Below are positions 18,459 to 26,288 of a stretch of 64,000 bases of DNA, one piece after another (the first letter of the stretch is position 1; the number at the start of each line of letters is the position of its first letter). The notes beneath the pieces were generated by a model that worked only from the letters and a program-made list of their open reading frames with translations, ran no database searches and was not told the DNA's origin. A program made the translations under genes and the position numbers. The stretch is from Chloroflexota bacterium (lineage in GTDB: Bacteria; Chloroflexota; Dehalococcoidia; Lucifugimonadales; GCA-2719675), in assembly GCA_002719675.1 (NCBI GenBank), contig PBID01000006.1:22164-86163 (forward strand), in the 5' to 3' direction.

Positions 18459-18995
18459 TTAATTGTTAATACTTACAGCTTGTTTAAAAACCCAGCCTTC
18501 TTCACCTGTTGATTTAACTTTTATTTTTAGCAAACCGATTTCTAAAATTCTTGGAATCCCATTAGTTCCTACGAATCTGGACCAATTACAGGTTGCTTCA
18601 TCAATTACTTCAACTTCAATATCTTTTTCTAGAGGAGTACTATCTTTTATATGCACCATACAGAATTGTTGTTTTGTCTCGTTGGTTTCACCTAGCTGTT
18701 TACCTGTAGAAAGCATTCTATATTCGAATTCTTTCCAAATAGCTAATGGTAAATCGACTTTAATTGCTGATTTTTTATTCAATGAACCACCTGATCCAGA
18801 AGCTGCCTCATAATCTTTATCTGTTTGAATAGTAAGATCAGGTTTTTGAGTAGTTCCGGTCATACCAATGTATTCAGTGTTTAATCCCCCTCCAATTCCA
18901 GTACCTCCATTTTTTTCATCATTTCCACAAAATATTGTTAATAACATGCACGATAATAAAATAATTAAAGGAATTTTTTTATTTAAAGGAGTCAT
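18459..18995 (-). CDS. Hypothetical secreted/lipoprotein, paralog B
   Basis: Same architecture as paralog A. The signal peptide and the last ~55 aa are near-identical (ATCNWSRFVG.NG.PRILEIGLLKIKVKSTGEEGWVFKQAV.INN), and the centre is divergent. Confidence 0.7.
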   Translation of the reverse strand: MTPLNKKIPLIILLSCMLLTIFCGNDEKNGGTGIGGGLNTEYIGMTGTTQKPDLTIQTDKDYEAASGSGGSLNKKSAIKVDLPLAIWKEFEYRMLSTGKQLGETNETKQQFCMVHIKDSTPLEKDIEVEVIDEATCNWSRFVGTNGIPRILEIGLLKIKVKSTGEEGWVFKQAVSINN

Positions 18996-19005
18996 TTTGG
19001 CCTCG

Positions 19006-19030
19006 TCGGTCGGTCGGTCGGTTGGTTTGG
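19006..19030. repeat. Tetranucleotide microsatellite (TCGG)4 decaying into TTGG/TTTGG
   Basis: TCGGTCGGTCGGTCGG at 19006-19021, then TTGGTTTGG. It is GC-rich in an AT-rich genome and lies 10 nt upstream of the paralog B start codon (minus strand). Confidence 0.9.
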
Positions 19031-19070
19031 TTTTTATTGCGTGGATTATACACTAAATAATTTATTTAAT

Positions 19071-19994
19071 TCAATTTATTTTTGAAATGACAAAATTTTT
19101 TGCTTGAACTAGACCTTTTTCAGTAGATTCGAACCATTTGATATTTTTATCGGATAATTTGAACCAATTATATTGAGTTCTAACTAATTTATGGGTTTTA
19201 AATTTAATTTTTTGGATAACGTCTGCCAGACTTTCTTTACCTTCTGTTAAATATTCATAGAGTTCTTTGTAGCCTACTGAAGACATAGCTGATTGCTGAT
19301 CTTGAATGTTGTTTTTAATCAGATATTTAATTTCATCTATCCAGCCAGCTTCTATCATTTTGTCAACTCTATTGTCAATTCTGGAATAAAGTAATTTTCT
19401 TTCTAAGGTTAGTCCTATAGTAATTTTTGAATATGATTTAAAGAGAGGGAATGAAGTTGAATTGGATTGGCCTGATTCATGAATTTCTATTGCGCGAATG
19501 ATTCTTCTATGGTTTGATGGGTCTATTTGTTTCGCACGTAGTGGATCTATTTTTTCAAGAAATTTATATGCAAATTCAGGCCCAAATAATTTTATTTTTT
19601 CTTCTAATTCTTCGCGGAGTAGTTTGTTAGGCGGGACTTTACTAATTGTCCAGTCATCTAGTATTGCTTTTATGTACTGACCTGAACCACCTACGATAAT
19701 AGGTATTTTTTTACGTGATAAAATTTCTTCAGTTTTTTCTTTAACTAAATCAAGAAACTGTGAAATGTTGAAATTCTCTTGGGGGTTTAAAATATCTATT
19801 AGATGATGTTTTGTAGTTTTTAACTGAGTCGCATTTGGTTTAGCAGTACCTATATTGAAGTGTTTGTAAACAAGCCTGCTATCAGCATTAATAATTTCTG
19901 CATTAATATCTTTAGCAATTGAGATAGAAAAATCAGATTTACCTATACCTGTTGGACCAACTACAATTAAAATTGGTTTTGCGTAATTACTCAT
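19071..19994 (-). CDS. miaA: tRNA dimethylallyltransferase
   Basis: P-loop VVGPTGIGKS and the typical MiaA layout (IVGGSGQYIKAIL). Confidence 0.92.
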   Translation of the reverse strand: MSNYAKPILIVVGPTGIGKSDFSISIAKDINAEIINADSRLVYKHFNIGTAKPNATQLKTTKHHLIDILNPQENFNISQFLDLVKEKTEEILSRKKIPIIVGGSGQYIKAILDDWTISKVPPNKLLREELEEKIKLFGPEFAYKFLEKIDPLRAKQIDPSNHRRIIRAIEIHESGQSNSTSFPLFKSYSKITIGLTLERKLLYSRIDNRVDKMIEAGWIDEIKYLIKNNIQDQQSAMSSVGYKELYEYLTEGKESLADVIQKIKFKTHKLVRTQYNWFKLSDKNIKWFESTEKGLVQAKNFVISKIN

Positions 19995-20002
19995 TAAGTT
20001 AA

Positions 20003-20752
20003 TTATTGTTTTGTTTTTTTAATTAATTTGATGAATTCATCTGGGTCTAGACTTGCAGTTCCTACAAGAGCTCCGTTGATATCTTTTTGCTGTGTGAATA
20101 GTTCTATGTTTTCTGAATTAACACTACCTCCGTAAAGAATTGGAATGTTTTCAGCAACATTATTTTTGTTTAGTTCAGTTATTACATTCCTGATATATGA
20201 ACACATATCTTGAGCATCTTTGGCGGTAGCAGCCTTTCCTGTACCTATTGCCCAAACAGGTTCGTAAGCTATCAAAAGTTTATTAAAATCCGAGGTTGAT
20301 TTTAATGCAGATAATATTTGGGTAGAAACTATTTTTTTTGCTTTGCCACTTTCACGTTCTTGAATGGTCTCACCGACACAAATTATTGAATTGAGATTAA
20401 ATTTTTTAGCTAATAGAAATTTTTTATTAATATCTTGGTTGGATTCTTTGAATATTTGTCTACGTTCTGAATGCCCTAAAATCACTGTGTCACAATAATC
20501 TGAAATCATTTTTGCTGAAATTTCACCTGTGTAAGCACCTTCTTCTTCACTATGTATATTTTGAGCACCTATTTTTAATGAAGAATTTTTTAGGATTTGA
20601 TGTACCTGAGCAAGATATAGGGCAGGAGGGCATATAGTTATGTCAATATTATTTATATCTAAACTTGCATTTGATAATTTTGTAGAAATATTAATTGAAT
20701 CAGAAATAGTGGTATTCATTTTCCAATTTGCTACAATCTGCGCTTTGTTCAC
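20003..20752 (-). CDS. tpiA: Triosephosphate isomerase
   Basis: ANWKMN, LGHSERR, AYEPVWAIGTG, YGGSV. GTG start. Confidence 0.95.
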   Translation of the reverse strand: MNKAQIVANWKMNTTISDSINISTKLSNASLDINNIDITICPPALYLAQVHQILKNSSLKIGAQNIHSEEEGAYTGEISAKMISDYCDTVILGHSERRQIFKESNQDINKKFLLAKKFNLNSIICVGETIQERESGKAKKIVSTQILSALKSTSDFNKLLIAYEPVWAIGTGKAATAKDAQDMCSYIRNVITELNKNNVAENIPILYGGSVNSENIELFTQQKDINGALVGTASLDPDEFIKLIKKTKQ

Positions 20753-21131
20753 TTATTTTATATCCTGGTTTTATTTATATATAAGATGAAAATGTTTCGT
20801 GAATAATTATAGCATCTAAGTAGCTGAAATCAATTTTAAGGCATATAAATTAATAAATTGATGTTCTGGTACAGGAAAATGGTATAAATGTTTGTTTGAT
20901 TAAGAAAAGTTTTAAATTTTAAAAATAAGTTATTTATATTTAATTTATATCTGATTTAAACAAAATCTAAGAAATTAAACGAATTAAAACAACACGCATA
21001 ATTTGCGTGTATATTAATAATATTTGTATTTAAAATAAAAATTTTATACATTTTCTAAAAAGATATTAAAATTGTTTTTTGAAAAGAATTGAATAGTTTT
21101 AATGTTTTCTTAGAAAAGACCTGAAAAGGTA

Positions 21132-21161
21132 TTGACTGTAGTATTTAGCGTCGAATAATAT
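21132..21161 (+). promoter_or_regulatory. Near-consensus sigma70 promoter of the small HTH gene
   Basis: TTGACT (21132-21137), an 18-nt spacer, TAATAT (21156-21161), then GGAGGA SD and ATG 21186. Confidence 0.55.
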
Positions 21162-21185
21162 AGTAAAAGTTCATGGAGGAACGAT

Positions 21186-21410
21186 ATGAGAAGAAAAACT
21201 AAAAAGATGATCGCTGTCGAAAAGGTTCACCAGCAACCTCTAGAAGATATGCTTCCTAAACTTGTGACTGATTATGGTCTTTCTGCTACTGCTGATTCCC
21301 TTGGTGTAAGTAAAGCTACCCTTGGTTATTGGCTTCTCAAGTTAGGTATCAATGTTCAACGTGTTGCTCTTGCACCTGGTGACAGCTTAGAGATTAAACG
21401 GGCTTCATAA
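21186..21410 (+). CDS. Small (74 aa) Fis/NtrC-type HTH (HTH_8-like) DNA-binding protein
   Basis: GLSATADSLGVSKATLGYWLLKLGI fits the xSxAAxxLG(I/V)S(R/K)xTLxxKLxxxGI pattern of Fis-type HTH. It has a strong SD, its own promoter and its own terminator. Confidence 0.6.
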   Translation: MRRKTKKMIAVEKVHQQPLEDMLPKLVTDYGLSATADSLGVSKATLGYWLLKLGINVQRVALAPGDSLEIKRAS

Positions 21411-21449
21411 GTACCCAAAGCACGACTTATATAGCCAAAAAATTATTAT

Positions 21450-21486
21450 CCCGGCATGATTTAACCCGTCTATGCCGGGATTTTGC
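21450..21486. terminator. Rho-independent terminator, probably bidirectional (HTH gene / smpB)
   Basis: CCCGGCAT - 14-nt loop - ATGCCGGG followed by ATTTTG on the + strand. On the minus strand the stem is followed by ATAATAATTTTTT. It lies between convergent genes. Confidence 0.8.
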
Positions 21487-21531
21487 GTTATACTTAGGTA
21501 TCTGGATTTTATATCATTTTAGATACAAATA

Positions 21532-21987
21532 TTAAACATCTCGAAGTATTCTGCGTCTCATTTCACGATTTTGATCTTTTTCTTTGATTGACCTTCTCTT
21601 ATCATGCAGTTTTTTACCCTTTGCAACAGAAATTTGTACTTTTATTCTATGTGATTTGAGGTACATCTTTACTGCAATAAGGGTATAACCCGACATTTTT
21701 GAAGAACTAGATAATTTTGCGATTTGTTCTTTGTGGAGTAATAATTTTTTGGGCCGTGTAGAATCGTGGTTGTTAATGCTTGCTGCAGAGTAGGGGCCTA
21801 TATGGCAATTATTTAACCATATTTCATTCATGTGAGATGATACGTAGGATTCAGTAATATTTACCTTTCCTTCGCGAATTGCTTTAATTTCTGTTCCTAG
21901 TAATACTATTCCAGCTTCGTAAGAATCAGAGAGAAAATATTCAAATCTAGCTTTCCTGTTTGTAGCAATGATTTTGGATTTATTCAT
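21532..21987 (-). CDS. smpB: SsrA-binding protein SmpB
   Basis: IATNRKARFEYFL, GTEIKAIREGK, and a basic C-terminal tail. Confidence 0.95.
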   Translation of the reverse strand: MNKSKIIATNRKARFEYFLSDSYEAGIVLLGTEIKAIREGKVNITESYVSSHMNEIWLNNCHIGPYSAASINNHDSTRPKKLLLHKEQIAKLSSSSKMSGYTLIAVKMYLKSHRIKVQISVAKGKKLHDKRRSIKEKDQNREMRRRILRDV

Positions 21988-22000
21988 AATATGACAATAT

Positions 22001-23284
22001 TTAAGCTTCAGATTTATTAGAAATAATTTTTTTCAACTCTTCTTTTGCTTTATTTAATTGATTGATATCTGCAGTTTTAGGGTCTGAATCTGTAACAATT
22101 ATATCCGGTTGAATACCAGTTTCATTTATCCGAGTTCCATTTGGTGTGAACCAGTATTTTGTAGTGATATATACTCCACCTTTGTTGCTTAATTGTCTCA
22201 GAATGTTTATCCCGCCTTTACCGTATGACCTTGAGCCTATTATTATGCCTCTATTTCTGTCTTGTATTGCTCCCGCTAAAACCTCGCTTGAACTAGCGCT
22301 TCCTCTGTTTATTAGGACTACCATTGGTTTCTTTGTGGCTAGTCCGCCAGAAAATACTTTATAATCTGTTCTATTGCCTTTTCCGTCTATTGAATACATT
22401 ACTATTCCGTCTTCAAGAAATTGACTTGAGACTTCAATTGCAGCTTTTAATGTTCCACCAGGATTTCCCCTTAGATCTAAAATTATTCCCTGATAATCAC
22501 GTTTCTCTAGATTTGAAAGTATATTTTTTAGCTGATCGTTTGTATTTGGATAAAAATTTGTAATTCTAATATGTGCATAAGGGTCGTCTTCAGTGCTTCT
22601 TAAAAGAACTGTAGGGAGTACTATGACATCTCTGATAATTTCTATTGTTTCATTTTCTTGGGCTGCAAGATGTTTAACTTCTAGGATTACTGTAGAACCT
22701 TTAGGGCCTCTGATTAATGAAACTACTTCAAGCAAGGATAATCCTTCTATGGATTTTCCATCAACAGATAAAATTATATCTCCTGATTTAATTCCGGCAG
22801 CTTTAGCAGGTCCTCCTTCAATAGGTGCGACAATAACTATTTTACCAGCAGAATTTACAGTTACATGAGCGCCAATGCCTTCAAAGTTTCCTTTGTACAT
22901 ATCTCCGAAACTTCCAGTTAACACTTCAGGTTTAATATAAGAAGTTTGAGGGTCTCCTATAGAAGCTATCATAGCTTTAATTGCTTCTTCAGCCATGATT
23001 TTTGGATCTAAAGATTCCTGATCTACATAATCATCTTGAATGTATTTCCAGGCTTCCCAAATAATTTTGATTTCATCAGGTACATCTGAAGGGGAGTCTA
23101 AATTTTGTGTATGGTCAAAGCCTTTAGGAATATCAGGTTGATCAAATGTTTTTACATTTATAATGGGCGCGGAGTTAGTGTCACTAATTTTTTCATCTTG
23201 AAAATAAGAACATCCACTTATAAATATTGATAAAGTTGAAAAAACTGTAATGCTTAGATATAAAATATTGTTTTTTAAGTACAA
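22001..23284 (-). CDS. ctpA: Carboxyl-terminal processing protease (peptidase S41) with PDZ domain
   Basis: PDZ domain (GGPAKAAGIKSGDIILSVDG), LDLRGNPGG, catalytic Ser region NRGSASSSEVLAGAIQD, and an N-terminal lipobox-like FISGCS. Confidence 0.9.
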   Translation of the reverse strand: MYLKNNILYLSITVFSTLSIFISGCSYFQDEKISDTNSAPIINVKTFDQPDIPKGFDHTQNLDSPSDVPDEIKIIWEAWKYIQDDYVDQESLDPKIMAEEAIKAMIASIGDPQTSYIKPEVLTGSFGDMYKGNFEGIGAHVTVNSAGKIVIVAPIEGGPAKAAGIKSGDIILSVDGKSIEGLSLLEVVSLIRGPKGSTVILEVKHLAAQENETIEIIRDVIVLPTVLLRSTEDDPYAHIRITNFYPNTNDQLKNILSNLEKRDYQGIILDLRGNPGGTLKAAIEVSSQFLEDGIVMYSIDGKGNRTDYKVFSGGLATKKPMVVLINRGSASSSEVLAGAIQDRNRGIIIGSRSYGKGGINILRQLSNKGGVYITTKYWFTPNGTRINETGIQPDIIVTDSDPKTADINQLNKAKEELKKIISNKSEA

Positions 23285-23528
23285 TTATAGACCTCATAAA
23301 TAGTAATTAATCTCCAATATTTTAACACTGCATAATTGTAATCACTATAGTAAATTGGCATTCTTTATAAAATAATTGACTAGCTATGTATTTTATAGCA
23401 ACCAGCAAAGGGGATTCTATTCACTGAAAAGATTTTGAAAAGATTGAAAAGAATATAATCATATTGATGTAGAAATATTTTTGTAGATATGGATATAATA
23501 AGGACAAAAATTTGAGAATGAATACATT

Positions 23529-24587
23529 ATGGCTAGATTATTAAAAAATACATCGCGTACACGTAAGGTACGCCCATATCCTCTTCATCCTATTCAAGAT
23601 TGTCTTGAAATAGCTACTGCTATCTTTTCAAATAATTCGGGATTGCCTATAGATCGCAATATTCTTGCCTCTCAATTAAATTCTACGCCTTCTAGCAGTG
23701 GTTTTATTACAAAATTGAATTCTTCATTCAAATATGGTTTAACAAATGGTGGATATAAGGATCCTGAAATATCATTAACTTCTTTAGGCCAGGCTGTTGT
23801 AAGTCCTAAAAGTGAAAATGAATTCCGGCTTTCTCTAATTCAAGCTGCTTTAAAACCTGATTTATTCAGAAGATTTTATGAAATTTTAGATGGTAAACCT
23901 GTTCCACCTCCTGAAAATTCAAAAAATCTTATATATCGAGATTTTAATATTGATAATTCATTATTAGATGAATGTTTTAACTTGATTATAGAAAATGGTA
24001 GATATACTGGGATAATTACTCAAACTGGGCATCAAATGTTAGTAAATCTTGTCTCTTATATTAATTCATTAAATGATTCTGAAACTACCTCAACTTTGCA
24101 AGCATCAATTTCTTTAGAAAATGATTTGGACACAAATTCTGATTTATTGTCTAAGAATGAGTGTTTAATTGGATATGTAGGAATGCTTGATATAGCGAAT
24201 GATTTGTCTAAGCATTTTCAGAGGCTTGAAATAAATTCTACTGTTGAAAATATGTTTTTTGCAAATAACTCTGAATTAGATAAAATATTTTCTGATTCAA
24301 TAGGAGACAGAAAATTTGCAGTTTTATTGATTGAACCTATCGAAAAAAATCTTGATAGTTCTTTGGCAAATTCTCAGATTGAAAAAATTTCTACAATTTT
24401 AGGGGCTTTATCTGTAATTTTTAGAAATCGATTGATTTTAGTAGATAATTTTGGTTTAAGCTTTGAAAGTATTCCACCAGGAGTAGAAGTATTTAATTTT
24501 AGAGAAGATGATTCAGTAGATAATTTATCTTTAAAGGTATTAGAAATATTTATTAAGAATAAAGTTATTGAATTTAGGACTAAGTAA
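23529..24587 (+). CDS. Hypothetical protein: winged-helix-like N-terminal module plus degenerate TIR-like (COG4271-type) C-terminal domain (tentative)
   Basis: Long clean ORF with no operon partners. Domain calls rest on pattern recognition only (see findings). Confidence 0.6.
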   Translation: MARLLKNTSRTRKVRPYPLHPIQDCLEIATAIFSNNSGLPIDRNILASQLNSTPSSSGFITKLNSSFKYGLTNGGYKDPEISLTSLGQAVVSPKSENEFRLSLIQAALKPDLFRRFYEILDGKPVPPPENSKNLIYRDFNIDNSLLDECFNLIIENGRYTGIITQTGHQMLVNLVSYINSLNDSETTSTLQASISLENDLDTNSDLLSKNECLIGYVGMLDIANDLSKHFQRLEINSTVENMFFANNSELDKIFSDSIGDRKFAVLLIEPIEKNLDSSLANSQIEKISTILGALSVIFRNRLILVDNFGLSFESIPPGVEVFNFREDDSVDNLSLKVLEIFIKNKVIEFRTK

Positions 24588-24655
24588 AAATTATATTTTG
24601 GTTTACATAATATATATAGTGCGAACCTATAATATATGATTTAAATCCTTATACA

Positions 24656-24916
24656 CTACTGTAGTGCTTGTATTTTTGCTCTTTTTTTTGCAGCTCGACT
24701 TAAATGATTCTTTTCAAATTCTTTTAATGCAACAATATTTTTATCCGTTAATTGTTTTGGTAATAATTGAAACAGATAATTCGGATCAATTTTTTCGAGC
24801 ATATAATTTTTTGATATACCGTCTATAATTTGAACTAATTCTTTATAAACTTCTGTTAAGTTCCTGAAATTTTCATTTATAGTATGAGGATCTTTTTTAT
24901 TTGTTGTTTGTTGCAT
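24656..24916 (-). CDS. Hypothetical small helical protein (86 aa)
   Basis: ATG ORF convergent with the 23529 gene, with a basic C-terminal tail (SRAAKKRAKIQALQ). No recognisable family. Confidence 0.45.
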   Translation of the reverse strand: MQQTTNKKDPHTINENFRNLTEVYKELVQIIDGISKNYMLEKIDPNYLFQLLPKQLTDKNIVALKEFEKNHLSRAAKKRAKIQALQ

Positions 24917-24983
24917 GATTTGAAAGTATCACATATCATTCGAATCAAAATCAATATAATTTATTTACTGAGAGGTATCCTGA

Positions 24984-25619
24984 ATTCTGAAAAATCGCCC
25001 CGATAATTATGAGGAAAAACAATTAACGAATTTCGGGTATAAGTTTATTGCCGGAATAGATGAAGTTGGTAGAGGTACTTTAGCCGGACCTGTACTTTCA
25101 GCTTTAGTAATATTTCGTAAGGATTTTGATTCTGAATGGTTTCCTGAACTTGATGATAGTAAACGTTTGACTAAAAATAAACGTTTAGATCTTTTTAACT
25201 TAATTAATTCAGATGCATTATGTGTTTCTGTTGGTTCAGCTTCTAATAATGAAATTGATGAAAGTGGTATTATCTCTGCTACCAAACTATCTATGGTAAG
25301 AGCGATAGAAAATTCTGAAATCATACCTGACTATCTATTAATAGATGCTGTAGAATTAGATTCAGTTGATGTACCTCAGAAATCAATTATTAAAGGAGAC
25401 CAGATAAGTTCTTCTATTGCTGCTGCTTCAATAATTGCAAAAGTTACCAGGGATCAAATAATGGTGGATTTTGATAAAGTTTACCCTGAATATGGATTTG
25501 GAAATCATAAAGGATATGGTACCAAAGCTCATATCGACTCAATAAATAACTATGGAATTACTCCTCTACATAGAAAATCATTTGAACCAGTAAAAAGTAT
25601 GATTCAGGAGTCAAAATGA
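24984..25619 (+). CDS. rnhB: Ribonuclease HII
   Basis: FIAGIDEVGRGTLAGPV, DDSKRLT, IIAKVTRD, GYGT..H, HRKSF. The conserved N-terminus lies upstream of the first ATG (25167). The frame opens at 24984 right after a TGA. Candidate starts are ATT 24984 (8 nt after GAGAGG) or CTG 24987. The stop overlaps the thiE ATG. Confidence 0.88.
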   Translation: MLKNRPDNYEEKQLTNFGYKFIAGIDEVGRGTLAGPVLSALVIFRKDFDSEWFPELDDSKRLTKNKRLDLFNLINSDALCVSVGSASNNEIDESGIISATKLSMVRAIENSEIIPDYLLIDAVELDSVDVPQKSIIKGDQISSSIAAASIIAKVTRDQIMVDFDKVYPEYGFGNHKGYGTKAHIDSINNYGITPLHRKSFEPVKSMIQESK

Positions 25620-26236
25620 AAAAAATAAATGGAATTTATGTAATTATTGATCCGGAATTTATTAATTCAGAAGATCCTGTTGAAATGACTAAAAAGGTCT
25701 TAAATGGTGGTGCTAAAATTATTCAGTTAAGAAACAAGAAAGATTCTGTATTAAATACTATTAAATGGGGTAAAGAAATCTCAAGATTATGTGATGAATA
25801 TGGCGCAGTTTCTATAATCAACGATCGTGTGGATATAGCTTGTATTACGGATGCTGATGGAGTCCATCTGGGACAGGAGGATATTTATCCTGATCTTGTT
25901 AAAGAAATTACTACAAAAGATTTAATCATTGGTACATCGAATGCTACGATTTCAGAAGTGGAAGAATCAGAAGGTAATGAGTCCTCTTATATTGCAATTG
26001 GTAGTATTTTCCCTACTACAACAAAAATTGATACAAGGCCAGCAGGTTTAAAACTTCTTATTGATGCTAAAAAAATATGTAAAAAGCCAATTGTTGCTAT
26101 AGGTGGAATCAACCAGAAAAATATTAAAAGCACTATAGAAACAGGGGTGGATTCTGTATGTATTGCTACTGCAATAACCTTATCTAAAGATCCTGAAAAA
26201 ACTACTAAATCTTTATCAAAATACTTTAATATTTAG
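25616..26236 (+). CDS. thiE: Thiamine-phosphate synthase
   Basis: GAKIIQLRNK, DGVHLGQED, IAIGSIFPTTTK, VAIGGI. Confidence 0.9.
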   Translation: MKKINGIYVIIDPEFINSEDPVEMTKKVLNGGAKIIQLRNKKDSVLNTIKWGKEISRLCDEYGAVSIINDRVDIACITDADGVHLGQEDIYPDLVKEITTKDLIIGTSNATISEVEESEGNESSYIAIGSIFPTTTKIDTRPAGLKLLIDAKKICKKPIVAIGGINQKNIKSTIETGVDSVCIATAITLSKDPEKTTKSLSKYFNI

Positions 26237-26288
26237 TACGGATAATATAAATTAGTAGATAGTACTATTGATATTTGGAGGGAATTAA

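Larger units (their letters stand above)
17902..19005 (-). repeat. Tandem duplication, 2 x 552 nt (lipoprotein gene plus SD plus 3' flank)
   Basis: The unit boundary motif TTGAATTAATTGTTAATA occurs at 17902 and 18454. Both units include the CCTCGTC (GACGAGG SD) segment. There are long perfect-identity DNA blocks at both gene ends. Confidence 0.9.

Noticed and set aside
17902-19005. The tandem repeat beside a tRNA as a CRISPR array, a DGR target/template pair, or a tRNA-integrated island
   Set aside because: There are only two 552-nt units and they are protein-coding. There is no short repeat-spacer periodicity, and no reverse transcriptase, integrase or att-like tRNA 3' duplication in the window. 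The differences are not adenine-specific as in DGRs.
20753-21531. Search for tmRNA (ssrA) next to smpB
   Set aside because: Neither spacer contains the G-rich tRNA-like 5' end (GGGGCUGA...), a T-arm/ACCA 3' end, or a tag-reading-frame-like segment. The 20753-21185 region is almost pure A/T, so ssrA must be elsewhere.
24941-25000. A TPP-riboswitch-like CTGAGA...GGTATCCTGAATTCTGA segment upstream of rnhB-thiE
   Set aside because: Only the CUGAGA box and a vague CCUGA-UCUG resemblance are present. The G-rich P2/P3 stems (GGGGUGC...ACCC) and the pyrophosphate-sensor helix are missing, and the region is too short.
25007-25324. A 105-aa minus-strand ORF
   Set aside because: It is antisense to the conserved N-terminal catalytic region of RNase HII (GIDEVGRG...DDSKRL), so the + strand frame is the real gene.
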